64,000 bases of DNA from Nemertoderma westbladi. Its lineage: Eukaryota > Animalia > Xenacoelomorpha. Both the position numbers and the translations under genes were made by a program. The stretch is from assembly GCA_032718475.1 (NCBI GenBank), contig JAUCBJ010004614.1, positions 1-64,000 on the forward strand, written 5' to 3'. This document shows, piece by piece, positions 23,657 through 35,800 of this stretch; position 1 is the stretch's first letter; each line of letters begins with the position of its first letter. Below the pieces are notes generated by a model, which did no database searches, was not told the DNA's origin, and was given only the letters and a program-made list of their open reading frames with translations.

Positions 23657-24252
23657 CGTCCCTGCATTGCTCGATAGTGATCCTGAAGCATCTATGCATT
23701 CACGCTCTTAAGAAGTTGCTAGTGTAGTACTTCCTGGTATTCTCTTCCGGCTTCCTCCACATCAGTTTTAATCAGCTCTCTGACATGGCGTACCCTCTCT
23801 TTTTAGTCTAATTTCTACAATTTCGCCTGAATTAAGTTACAGTTACGTGATTTACTACCCTAATTAGATAGTTTGTCTGTTACCTTTATTCTAAAATTTT
23901 CATTTTCTAGTCGCTACCTTTTCATCACATCAATAATTATTGATAATAATTATAATTATTATTATTCTACATTTTTCATTACTTATTAAGCAACGCTTCA
24001 TTAATTACCTTATAGGTAATTCCACACTACCTATTGTATTCATCAGAAAAGACTAGCTACAATTACTTTCTATAGCCTATTATTATACTAGCTCTCCTCC
24101 AGACAGCGTCCTGGGTCCATAAGAATACTGTACAGGTCTGTATCCCCAAGGCTATGTATTATAGCAATCTAGCTTGTATGGCCAGCACCATCAGCCCACT
24201 ATATCTACAGTACATATCCCCTCTAATTCCTCACGTGGCGCCCTCCATGCCA

Positions 24253-24738
24253 TACTACTACTACTTGATCGGCATGCTGCATTGCAGCTGCATTTTTAAG
24301 AATGCTGTGCCGGTTTGTCGACAAAATTGCACCGCCACAATTCCCTATCACCCATGACATTTGCTAGATCATCCGCGCATCTTCAAGGCCAGTGTCCTTT
24401 AAGATGCGTCTCAAGAAAGTCATGGGCTCTCCACCATGCTTATTCACTCCATGAGGCTGCCAAAGCACAAGATTATGCACTGCCTGGTCCTCACGGCGAA
24501 AGCAATGTCCTGCAAAGCGGAGGCGACTTTGTTCTAGTGTCAAGCTTGGGGGAACCAATGAGACAGCTCCAATATTAATTAGTGTCTGGTTGGAGATGTG
24601 TGCATTAAACTTGTCACAATGAACCCGGCGTAGCATTCTTGTGAATGTGCCATCCAAAGATTTGGTGTCCTCAGTAGTTAGAGCCCAGCATGGACTCCCA
24701 TAGAGGAGTACTGGAACTACCCAGTGAAAAGTGCGCAA
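24253..24738 (-). mobile_element. RTE-clade LINE, 5'-truncated 3' end
   Basis: VPVLLYGSPCWALT..LDGTFTRMLRRV..SRLRFAGHCFRR..LVLWQPHG motif typical of RTE ORF2 C-termini; (AGT)n tail at 24253-24266. Confidence 0.8.
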
Positions 24739-25254
24739 GCGTATCGCAAGCGTGCAACGCAGGCGTATCTGATGTGATTCCCAAGAGTTATGGCCCGACC
24801 TTTACGCAAGCGATCTACTTGAGTTATGTCACATAGATATCGCAACAACTGCGTTAAGTCGCATAAAAATCACAACAACTTGCGTTCAGTCGCATAAAAC
24901 TCACATGTGATTCACTTGCGACTTTCAAGCGTCATGACGCATAAATATTGCAAAAATCTACTGGTTGTGATTTTTGTGTAATATATATTAAGACCTTTGT
25001 GACAGTAAGTATGATACAGTAGTTGATTATTCCACTACTGTTTGATACTATGGGCTTCCATATATAATCGAGTGATAATTGTGATAATAGTGATAATAAT
25101 AGAGTGTTAGGTTGCCCTTCTTGGGAACTGGCACCAAATTATTTGTTTTCATTTCTTGTGGGACTCTTGTTGTTCTGTACATGTCTACTACAGTATGATG
25201 GGATAGATGAGCTTTAAACACTCAGGTAAACACTCCATGTCCACAATACAGTAG

Positions 25255-25472
25255 TATGTATGTACTAGTATTTAAAATCTGATCCTATATATAAACTTGA
25301 TACTATTGATCCAGCTTCCCATAGAACACTATCTACGGGATAGTATGTATGTACTCTACTAATCATAAGTTTGATCCTAATGTTCCGGCCTCCCGTAGTA
25401 CACTCTATCTATGGGACAGTACGTTATGTACTCTACTAATCATAAGTTTGATCCTAATGTTCCAGCCTCCCA
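25255..25472. repeat. Short tandem repeat, ~75-bp unit, 2-3 copies
   Basis: TATGTACTCTACTAATCATAAGTTTGATCCTAATGTTCC(A/G)GCCTCCC repeated. Confidence 0.6.
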
Positions 25473-26586
25473 TTCGGTTGCGTCCTTCCCGCTAGGGGTT
25501 CGCAGCGGACGACTTCCCCTCTCGGAACCCTCTGGGGTGTGTCACCGAGTCCGCTAATCGTCGTTGTCGCTTGGCTTCATTTTCCACTAGGGTAGTTTCC
25601 ACTTTGACGGAATCCGGTGTTGGCCTCGGGATCCCGACCATTCGACTTTGTGAATGTGTTACCTACGCGCTGCCGTGGCTTGTACCTTTTAATGGATTGA
25701 GTGGCCGTGGCCGAAGGCCTGATAAAAATAACAGTCTGCTTTTGGTGCAAGTATTAATGTCCAAATGTTGATTTCACGTTTCACCAGGCTGTTATTAGGC
25801 CTACTGTAATAAGGTGCCTAGCGAAGCGGTGGAAACTATTCACCTACAACCGTCAGATAAATGGCTAACTTGTTAATGATGAGCGCATGTTGGTTTATAT
25901 ATATATATATATTGTTTATTGACAATCGGTATAAGATATGTAAATAGATACAAACACCGCTCATCCCTTGGAGAACCAAAAGTCCAAATTGCACAGGCAC
26001 AAGTGAAACTGAAACTACAGAGTAGGCCTATTCGTGAAACAATAAATAAATGTCATTTATGAAATACACAACTACAATACAAAAAAAACAACTGTAAATA
26101 AATAAGTCATGGGCAAAACAACAAGAGTACATATGAAAACAATACCTCAATGTCATTAATTAAATAAACAAGAAACTATAACTAAATATGTCTGGGCAAA
26201 GCACAAAGGGTACATAGGAAACTATAATTAAATGTCATTAATGAAATATGCGAGAGACAATAAGTAAATAAGTCATGGGCAAAAACACAAGTAAGCTTGG
26301 TAAACTTGGGGCCTACGCACCATCATAGTGGCCTTCGGATTGATACCCTAACCCTCCCATTGGTTGCCTTATATCACCACCCCCTACAGTATACAGCTGC
26401 TCCCTTGGGCTGTATTGGCCCTGGCTCACTGGAGGTGGATCCCCCATTTTGTTGGTTTAGAGCGCATAGTGGAGTGACTCCGCTAACATGTTTCTGGTTA
26501 TTTTAATAGGTAATATGCAAAAGTGCGAATAGATAACAATGATCTGACCGGTGCGCAACAACTGGTATCATTGGGATTTTTGTCCG

Positions 26587-26651
26587 GGGGAAGTCTAGCC
26601 TAGTTAGGTAATCCTGTTTGCTATTCTGAAGAGGGAAAAAACAACCCCCCA
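26587..26651 (-). repeat. Split direct repeat B2 (65 bp)
   Basis: Identical to 27293-27357 (GGGGAAGTCTAGCCTAGTTAGGTAATCC...AACAACCCCCCA). Confidence 0.9.
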
Positions 26652-26745
26652 GGTGGGCAGACAAGATAGGAAACTAGGTAAGACCAGAAAACGCGTGCTG
26701 TCTAAGATCGTTCATCTACGGCCAATCGCAAGGCCGGAAGAGGGT

Positions 26746-27200
26746 AAAAAAATTTTTTTTAGAATGCTATCCAAATATTTCTCCCTTGGTGAAAATATTA
26801 ACAAACAATAAGTCAGTATAATATTTATAGTATTATGCAATGTTGGAATGAACGTTTCAGTGAACCCAATATTTGTCAATATATGGTGAGCAGTCAGCTC
26901 CATCACTTACACTGCTAGTAACCTACCTGCACCTTGAAGCTCTGATAGGACGTTGCCTTAGCAACGATATTCTGGCTTTGGGCTTTGCTGCCCAGAGTGA
27001 TTTACAAACCTGGTTGTTCCTATAGACCATATGCTGATACACAACCTCCAAGGGAGGGGAAATGGCTCTGGTCCAGGTTGATATACGAGTCTGGTTATTC
27101 CTGCCGAGCAAATGCTAATACACACACACCCTCCAAGGAAGGGAAAATAGTCACATAGGATGTCGCTGCAAAACCAATTACCTTTGTCAATTGGGTATTA
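26746..27200 (-). repeat. Split direct repeat A2 (~455 bp)
   Basis: Near-identical to 60594-61047 (a handful of substitutions seen). Confidence 0.92.
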
Positions 27201-27292
27201 CAGCGATCTCCTGTGGAAATACATATATAGTGATATAATGCAAACGTTGTCGTTATGCACCATTGTCTGTCGAATTGCTCGCGTTCGTGTTT

Positions 27293-27357
27293 GGGGAAGT
27301 CTAGCCTAGTTAGGTAATCCTGTTTGCTATTCTGAAGAGGGAAAAAACAACCCCCCA
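27293..27357 (-). repeat. Split direct repeat B1 (65 bp)
   Basis: Identical to 26587-26651. Confidence 0.9.
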
Positions 27358-27685
27358 AAGAAACCCCCAATCAGAATGGCAGAAGGTGGATATACGGAAA
27401 TGCACTGATCAAGTACCACTTCCTATGCCTATTTCAACCATGAAAACAAAAAATAAATTGAGGTACTATTAATTATTATTATTCTTACCAATTGAGATGG
27501 CGATTTTGGTTTCTAATAGAATAAATTCAGAATCGATATTTTCATGCGTATACAACACATAATGCTGTTGTGTATAGGTAAATTAAGATATAATATATGA
27601 CTATATATAATTTCGAATAAAGGATATATATAATATCTAATAATAATAGTAATCATATATTATGTTCATGGTCAGTGAACATGTA

Positions 27686-28534
27686 TCAGTTATTGATTGA
27701 AGATACCATAACGCGTTGAGCATTTATGAGTTCGTAGTCTGATGGCCTTATGTAGGATTCGTAGCAAGAACTTCTCCATCGTCCTAATTTCTTTATAGTG
27801 TTTGGAGGTATACCAACCTTGGAGGCAGTGGTGGCCATCCCAGAACGAAAACTATGGCTGGAGTAACCCTGTCCCATTATTTTACGTAAAACACCATTAA
27901 TGTGGTGGGCTTGAACTGATTCACCTGTTGACCAAATAAAAAGTGGGGATATGTTTGGGCCGCATTGATCTCTGAACTGTAGGTATATCTTCAGGCGATT
28001 ATGTGGGCACAATGGTCCACCCACCTTAGCAATGGGAAACTTTAGAGCTGAACGTGATGTCAAATTAACATATTCTGACACTCTCATGCCACCGAAGAAA
28101 GCCATTGTAAAAATGGCCTTCATCATTTGTATATCAAGCAAACGGTTGTTGTAAAATTGTGGTAAGGATTGCATTAATAAGTGTAGATCGGCTGCCATTA
28201 TAGGCCGGGCAACAGATGGAGCTCCATTGGCTCTTTCGCATCCTCGTATAATATGTTGTAGCCGTCCCATATTTATATCTGATGAGCATTCTATGTTCAT
28301 TAAAGTACTCATTATACCTGCTAGGTACATCCGTATAGATGATGCCCGCAGACCACTATAGTGAGACATAAGAATAAATGTTTCCAGAGTTCTTTGACAA
28401 ACATGAGTATGTGCTTTTCCTGCGATTCTGCAGAATAGTTTGTACTTATACCATGCTAATATATACTTCTTTTGGGTATTATGACTAAAACTATCAACAA
28501 CAAGCTGATTTATTAAGGATTGGTGAATTTCCAT
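27686..28534 (-). CDS. Tyrosine recombinase of the YR retrotransposon (probably internally deleted)
   Basis: N-terminal SAM-like region (TQKKYILAWYKY, SIRMYLAGI); catalytic motifs AFFGGMRVSE, YSSHSFRSGMAT, IKKLGRWRS..YESYIR. The SKTD-type lysine hairpin is missing. Confidence 0.9.
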   Translation of the reverse strand: MEIHQSLINQLVVDSFSHNTQKKYILAWYKYKLFCRIAGKAHTHVCQRTLETFILMSHYSGLRASSIRMYLAGIMSTLMNIECSSDINMGRLQHIIRGCERANGAPSVARPIMAADLHLLMQSLPQFYNNRLLDIQMMKAIFTMAFFGGMRVSEYVNLTSRSALKFPIAKVGGPLCPHNRLKIYLQFRDQCGPNISPLFIWSTGESVQAHHINGVLRKIMGQGYSSHSFRSGMATTASKVGIPPNTIKKLGRWRSSCYESYIRPSDYELINAQRVMVSSINN

Positions 28535-28674
28535 GGTGATGGATGTTTCATATGGCTGGTAGACAATATATATATAAACTATTTATAGTTTAGTTCGTAA
28601 ACTACTTAATAACATATGCTATTTTTTATAGATGCGATTATATATATTTAAACAGTTTTAGGCTTGTGGATAAA

Positions 28675-29827
28675 CTATCCTTGCTGAATAAATTGGTTTC
28701 CTAAGGCTTTTTTAGGCAGCGATTTTACAATCGGGACCCTCTCCCTAACATTGTTGATATTATTGTCCTCTTCATTATCGTACCGAAGTCGATGTCGGAA
28801 CCTATTGTCATTTGTACCTCTTCTAACATCGTCTGAGTCATCCTGATATCTCCTCTTGAAGTTTGATTCAGAATCCTCTCGGTTTTTGGATTTGCAATCA
28901 GGGCGATAATGACCCTCACGGTGACACCCGTGGCAGAAAACTCCCCTCTTGAAGTTGCTCTGGTTTGTTTTCCTTGGTGACGTCATAAATGCCTCTGCTG
29001 GCAAACATGAGCCTAAATGCTGCTTGTCGCAGTTTCGACATCATGTAGTCTGATCGCATGGGATGGCGAATAGTTGGTGGTCGCTCCCATCCTCCCTGAT
29101 TGGTTTCAACATAGAGACGATGGTCTTTGTCAACCTTGAGTAAAAACCCAAGTGAATATAATGGGGCTATCTCGAGCATGTTCCGATAATAAGTCCATAT
29201 CTTTGGTGCTTCTTCTGGATAGAAGGCACTCTTATAACTAGCAAGTAGGGCTAAGCAGTTCAACATTCCCCCTGTGGATTCTACTTCTGCGTTTTTCCCA
29301 TATTTCCCATTCAGCTCTTGCCGTTCAGCCAGTTCAGTTAGAGGGATATATCGGTACTGCAAGCGAAGTTGATCCACCGTGTCCCTTTCAAGTGGTCGTG
29401 TTGATGACAATACCCCAGGCACTTCCTTGTCCGATCGTGTTTCTTGGCGTTTGTTTCCTTTCGATTGTGTTATCCCATCCATAGAATAATTTTGTTGAGC
29501 CTTCAACAAAACTCCTACAAACTTCTCCATGAATGTAATTTCATGTTCTTGGGCTGTCTCAGGTTGTATGTGTGGCTCAGGGGATGTTGCTCTGACCGGA
29601 ATAAAAAGAATAAAATCCTTATTGATGGCTTTATTTAATTTGTATACTACACCAGAGAATGTCACCTGCTCACCATGATGCAACACCAGATATTGTGATG
29701 CACTACTTGGGGCTTCTGTGCCCTCCCAGATGGGACCCTCGGTTGACAGTTGTAATCTCAACCATGAGTTGTTTTCGCCTCTATATGCAATAGTGCCAAT
29801 GGTATAATTTATCTCTGGAACTGACAT
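28675..29827 (-). CDS. Gag-like protein of the YR retrotransposon with CCHC zinc knuckle (frameshift near 29000)
   Basis: ORF 28916-29827 has YIPLTEL...YP.EAP..W.Y...M...A..Y......D..HR....W, similar to DIRS/Ngaro Gag cores. The overlapping ORF 28675-29004 has CHGCHREGHYRPDC (CX2CX4HX4C) and a basic tail. Confidence 0.75.
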
Positions 29828-30063
29828 GATGTTGTAGATTTTATATACTTATTGAAAACAAATTTACTTATCTATGCATGATATTTTACCATGAACCATG
29901 ATACCGCTAAATGTTAAGATATATTGTTGACTGTGAAACGATGATCACCTTGGGATAGCTATAGTTTTCATTTGGTATAAAGTATGAAAAAAAAATATTT
30001 ATATGAAATAAATAAAATACATTGTCTTACTTGTGGACATTGTAGCATTGTCTATGTTTATTT

Positions 30064-31422
30064 TTATACTGGATTGAAAATGGCTTGTTTGATTTCGGAC
30101 CATTGGTCAAGAACAGGAGTTGGGTCTCCATTCATTTTTGGAAACAAAGCTTTGAATTTGCTGATCCTGAGACGGCTCAAGAGATCTGGACCAATGTTGT
30201 CATGTCCTGGGATGTGCTGGCAGAATACCATTATTCCGTATTCTGTGCAAGTGTGGAGAAGTAGGCGAATCAGTGTCATCTGCACTGGCTTATTGGAAGT
30301 TCCCTTTGCAAATGCATGTATGCTGGTCTCAATGTCACTATAAATTAGTAGCCTTGAACCACCAAAATATCGCCCATATACTTTAACTGCGAGTAGTATA
30401 GCCGCTGACTCTTTTGCTGCTACTGATAATTGATTGTTAGTCATCTGTTCTGGTAGCCGTACTGAGAACCAGTCTTCATTACAAATACCTCCCAAACCAA
30501 ACCCAGATGCATCTGTTGACGGGGTGTGTTGGCTAGGAGTCAGCATGGTTGGGTTTTGTAAAGGTGCTTGATAGTTATGTAATGTGTGTAATGCAAATAT
30601 CCAATATTCCAGGTCGAGGTGCAACTTACCTGGAATGCATATCATCTTTTGATGCTTGGACACTGATATTGCATTAATGAGGCGACGAAGAAATGTGCGA
30701 CTAGCACATACTGCTTTAGAGATGAATGATAGTAGCCCAATAAGGCTCTGAAGCTCACGTTTATTTATCATAGTTCCTGATGCCATGTTTTGAAATCGGT
30801 GAATTTCTGCTAGGGCTGTACCTTGCTTGTCATTTGGCACAAAGAACTTCATTGAAATGGTGTTTATTCAAATCCCGAATACTGTCTGCCTGTGTTCAGG
30901 GGGGAAAGTTTTCTGGGTATTTAGAGGAATGTGATAGTGTTTGAAAATGTCAATTATCAAATTGAAAGTGTATGTGGCCAATTCTGGAATATTAACAGTT
31001 GTTATAATAAAGTCATCTAGTAAGTGATCAATCTTAGTGATATCTGATAACATTGTTGTTGTGTCTATTTCGAGTTCGAGATATTGGCTAGGAGGACATG
31101 GAAGGATTGATAATTTGTTAATAATTTTGTCTTTTATTAGAGTACTATAATTTTGAAATATGCGACTTGCTGATCTTAATCCGAATACTAATCTGATGCA
31201 TACAAAAAACATATTTCGCCATTTAATTCCCAGGAGACACCAATCCTTCTTTGAGATTGGGATGATTTTGAAAGCATCTTTGACATCTAATTTTCCGATT
31301 AGAGCATGATTTCCACAGAACATGACACTATCCACGATATCATCTATCGTTGTATATGTCACAGTGGAATCTTCATCAGAAATAAAGCTATTTATTGTCC
31401 CTTTGAGATTGTGTGAGCAGTC
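30064..31422 (-). CDS. YR-retrotransposon Pol, C-terminal part: RT core and RNase H (one in-frame TGA at 30868-30870)
   Basis: KLDVKDAFKIIP, RLVFGLRSASRIF, HLLDDF, ELQSLIGLLSF, TDASGFGLGG, YSD and HIPGHDNIGPDLLSR; the same frame continues across the stop (FGI*INTISM). Confidence 0.9.
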
Positions 31423-31427
31423 AACAC

Positions 31428-32287
31428 TATAAAGGACATCGCCCGCCTCCTATCCTAACTAATTTCAAATTTGTCTGTCTGTCTGCATTTGGCTGTTTGG
31501 GTTGGTTTGGGAATTCTAATTATACAGTAAAAGAAAAAGACGAACAATCCAACTGTCTGACGAGTGCAAGGTCCAGGATATAATCCACCTAATCTAATTA
31601 TAACCGAAAAGCTAGGACCTTGACGCTATTCCGGCTAGATAAGGCTTTAGTCCACTACAGTACTGGATGATAGATTGGTAAAAGATAAATATATGATAAC
31701 ATAATAATATACTTGCATTTATTTTATTTACAGAGTTAGGTATGGTACCGTTACATTACATATAATAATAAATCAACTAATCTAGGGTATTGATAAATGA
31801 CTAAATAATGACTGAATGAGATTAATATTATCGGGCAGTTAATAATACCGTATACTTCTGTCTGTTCTTTATAAAATAGTTACCGGTCCCGCACTGTCTT
31901 AGGTAATAGTAGGCCCTACAATATTAGGCTATATTACAGGGTATGCAAGCAAAATCTATATCTACGTCTAACTATCTAACCATCTAACATCAGAATATTA
32001 GTGGGAAAATCCGCACATGTCAGACATGGTGAGTTGAGACTGCCAGACTGCAGACAGCTTACTGCTGTTGTACTGACTAGCTATTTTACAGCTGTCAGTC
32101 AGACTGTTGACTGCATTCTGGTCACGTGGTCAGCTCACGGTCGATTCTTACTAATTAAATAATGAAAGTAATTATGTATACTGTATTTATTGCTGCGAAC
32201 TGAAATGTATTATACTGTAGGTTGATTATTTTATACTTATACTATATTATATTAAAATATTTGAGTTACGAGGAGATGGTGAACACA
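31428..32287 (-). repeat. BEL/Pao 3' LTR
   Basis: Matches 51580-52447 except about four substitutions and one 8-bp indel. Confidence 0.95.
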
Positions 32288-32838
32288 CTCCTCCGCTGAA
32301 CTGAGTGAAACTTAGTTCAAAAAAAAATCTCATCGTAGCGAATATAAACACGCACCAAAAACTAAAATAATAATGATTGAGCCTTCTGCCTGTTTCACTC
32401 AAAACGAAAATAATGCACCTCATTAATAAAGTACAAATAGTAATACAAACAGTAATAATAGATAACTTCAGTCTATTCCATATAATGTATGTACGGCGAC
32501 CACCACTTTTAAAATTAAACAATCTAAGCACAATCTCAAGGCTAAAAAATATTTTTCGTTACATATTATATAGGGTGTTTCTCCATTACCTATTTCTTCA
32601 AATAAAGTATATTAAAAAATCTAGCATAAAGGGTTCTGTAATAAGTTCACTTTGTGGATTACTAAGACAAAATAATAATAATTCATTATAGAGACCTCTG
32701 GCTCATCAAAATAGTTTCCATACAATTCTGGGTTGACCATAAAGGCGCCACAAAAGTGGGTCAAAAGACATGTTAGTTAAACACAACACTAATAGAAATA
32801 ATGATAATTAATAATTTACTTTTATCGTTTTAGGTACA

Positions 32839-35800
32839 TTACTCGCTGGTTTTCTTTACAGCCTCCACTAATTCCTCTTCCAACAAACAACACCGTTCGA
32901 TCGACCGTTTAAGTTTTCCACTTGATGTTTGTAATTCGACAGTTCTAACTAGTCCATCATTCCCTGGAAAAACATCACAGACTCTCGCTAAATTCCAATG
33001 ATTTCTCCTATTACTGTCGTCCTTTAATAAAACTAAGTCGCCCTTTCGGACGTTTCGCGTTACGAATTGGTTTATTTTTCGTTTGTGCAATGTTGGCAGA
33101 TAGAACTTCTGCCACATATCCCAAAACTCATTGGCACATTCTTGACTACGCCTCCACGCCTTTCTTGAGCTCAAGTCTCCCGGATCAGGAGTTTCAAGAG
33201 GTAATCCTATACCTCCTCCTACACCGAGAATTTTGTTGGGAGTTATTGCTGTTATTCCACTAGGGTTATCAGTAACTTGAAATAACGGTCTAGAATTGAT
33301 GGAATATTGAATCTCCGCAAGTGCTGTTCTCAAAACGTCAAATGTAACTGTTTTATTACCAATTGTTGCTGCTAGCGCTTCCTTTGTAGAGCGGACCATA
33401 CGTTCCCATACACCCCCAGCATGAGGATTAATAGGTGTTATATTCTTCCATGTTATATTTCTTGCAGCGAGTTCTGATTGGAGTTTATGTTTATTCAAGT
33501 CCTTTACAACCTGTGTCAATTCATTATTTGCTCCAATGAAGTTCGATCCATTGTCGCTGTACATAAGTCTAACATTGCCTCTGGTTGATATGAATCTCCG
33601 GTATGCACAAAGAAATGCATCTGTTGACGCGCTTTCAGCGATATCTAAATGTACTGCCCTTGTTGAAAGACAAGTAAACAATACTCCATAAACCTTCATC
33701 GTTGTTCTTACTCGTTTGCACATTATATATAGGTCCCCAGTAGTCAACTCCACAAGTTTCGAAAGGCAATCCTCCAATTACGAGTCTTTCTCGAGGCAAA
33801 TCACCCATTCTTTGTACTAATAATTCAGCATTACGTTTTCTACACACATAACATTTCTTTAGTAAGCGACGTATTCGAGGCCTTGCTTGAACTATCCAAT
33901 AAGTTTCCCTCAACTTAGCTAGAGTATGATCTTCTCCTTTGTGTAGTATTTTCCAATGTACATCGTATATTAATGAGTTAATTATCCAAGAATCCTTAGG
34001 TATAATTATTGGTTCCTTATGATCAATAGGTATATCGGCATTTTTAATCCGCGAATCGATTTTCATAATTCCATTTACTAATTTGGGACACAAAGATTTC
34101 AGTTGAGAACTTCCAGAAATAAGTTTATCTTGTGCCAATGTTTCATATTCATTGCAATATTTCCTTCTTTGCTCAAAGCCAATAATTCCTCTGGCGCATG
34201 AATTAATTTCACTTACAGTTAAAGGAGAGAACTTAACCTTTTCACCTCGCATCATCTTAATCCGCCAATCAACTAGTCGACGTATCCATCCCAACTTCCT
34301 ACATGTATCTGTAAAACTATTGGAATGTGTGAGAAGTTTTTTAACAGATTCCATTCCATCATCGTCTGCAGCTATCCAATAACTAACTCCTTTCAAACTT
34401 CCTTTGTAACTAATTTCAGCATCCTTTGGTAAATTCAGATGCATTTCGTTTATAGGTGGGGTCCAAGTTTCCTCACAATCCTTTAAGAATGCCGGGACAT
34501 TCCACCACTTGTCTTCTGCTAATAAATGTTTCGCTGTTAAACAACGACTAAGGAAATCGGCTGGATTGTCTTTACCTGCACAATGATGCCACTGTTCAAC
34601 CTCACTTGTCCCCATAATTTCTTGAACTCGATTTGCTACGAACACCTGAAACCTATGTTCATTATTAGCTATATATTGAAGAGCCACCATTGAGTCACTC
34701 CAGTAATAATGACGAACTCCACATGGGTCTTCTACTAAAGGTAATTCCTTGATAATAATTCGTGCGTTTCTAATGGCAATAACAGCTGCTAGAAGTTCAA
34801 GACGGGGTATTGTAACTTTCTTCATTGGCGCTACTCTCGCCTTTGACACTATGAGTGCGGTTTCAACACATCCATTAAGTGGCTGTCTTCGTAAGTACGA
34901 TACTGCCCCATAACCTGCTTCTGATGCATCACAAAAATGGTGAATCGAGTATATATCATCGGTATCTCGTGTTTTGAAGAAAGGTCGTGGTATTTGTAAT
35001 TGTTCTAATCCAATAATATCATCCTTCCAGAGCAACCATTCTTTAATAATATCTTTGGGCAGCTTAGCATCCCATGTCAACTTAGCTTTCCACATCTCTC
35101 GTAATAGTAATTTTCCTTTCAGGATAAATGGTGTTAGAAATCCTATTGGGTCATAGACGGAACTCAAGAGGGATAAACTTCCTCTCTTTGTTAATCTGTA
35201 AGTCTCTTTATTAGTTGAGTATGTAAATACATCTTTACTTGGAATCCATTTCACTCCTAATGCTCTTGAAGATGAAATCAACATAGAAGAAACACCATCT
35301 AGATCAAAGTCTTTGGGGACATCTTGCAAGCCAATAACTTTTTCTTTGGGTAGGTTTGACAAAAACTCTACACTATTACTTATAAACTTTGTTACATTAA
35401 AACCTCGATTATCTAAGCACTTTATAATCCCCATAGCCACTCTCAGGGCCTTTTCCACCGTTGGTTGAGAATTGAGGCCATCATCAACATAAAAACCATA
35501 TAGAATTGCTCTTATCACTTCTATTGAGAAGTGTTCCCTTTGGTCCAATGCCGCTTGTTTTAATCCATAAGTGGCGACACATGGCGAATCCTTCTTTCCA
35601 AATGCATGAACCCTCATTTGCATAACTGTGAAGTCATCCAAATTTCCACTCTCTGGGAAATCCTCTATTGGCCCATCAAACCACAGGATGCGCATAGTAT
35701 CACTGTCCCTGTCTGTAGTCCTTAGCTGATGAAACATCTTCTTAATGTCACACATAAAGCAAATAGAATGACATCGAAATCGCATTAAACAACCAAAAAT

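Larger units (their letters stand above)
20986..26488 (-). mobile_element. Degenerate LTR retroelement (boundaries approximate) carrying an unknown decayed ORF
   Basis: Two diverged LTR-like ends finishing CCGCTAACA (21265 and 26488) share CTTGGGCT.TATTGGCCCTGGCTCACTGGAG. Polypurine tract at 21266-21273 (GGGGGGAG on minus); 3' region homologous to 53838-53994. No TSD found. Confidence 0.5.

Noticed and set aside
20986-26488. Intact two-LTR provirus with TSD
   Set aside because: The LTR-like ends are diverged, their left boundaries could not be aligned and no TSD was found; kept only as a degenerate element, possibly two separate insertions.
26712-27111. Duplicated short ORFs (also 60567-60957) as a host gene pair
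   Set aside because: They lie within the A repeats of the YR element; the identity reflects the repeat, not protein conservation.
27686-28534. Phage integrase / bacterial contamination
   Set aside because: The recombinase is linked to DIRS-type RT/RNase H and split direct repeats, within spliceosomal-intron-containing DNA.
32247-32691. env-like ORF between BEL integrase and 3' LTR
   Set aside because: Short AT-rich ORFs with non-ATG or incidental starts and no fusion-protein features.
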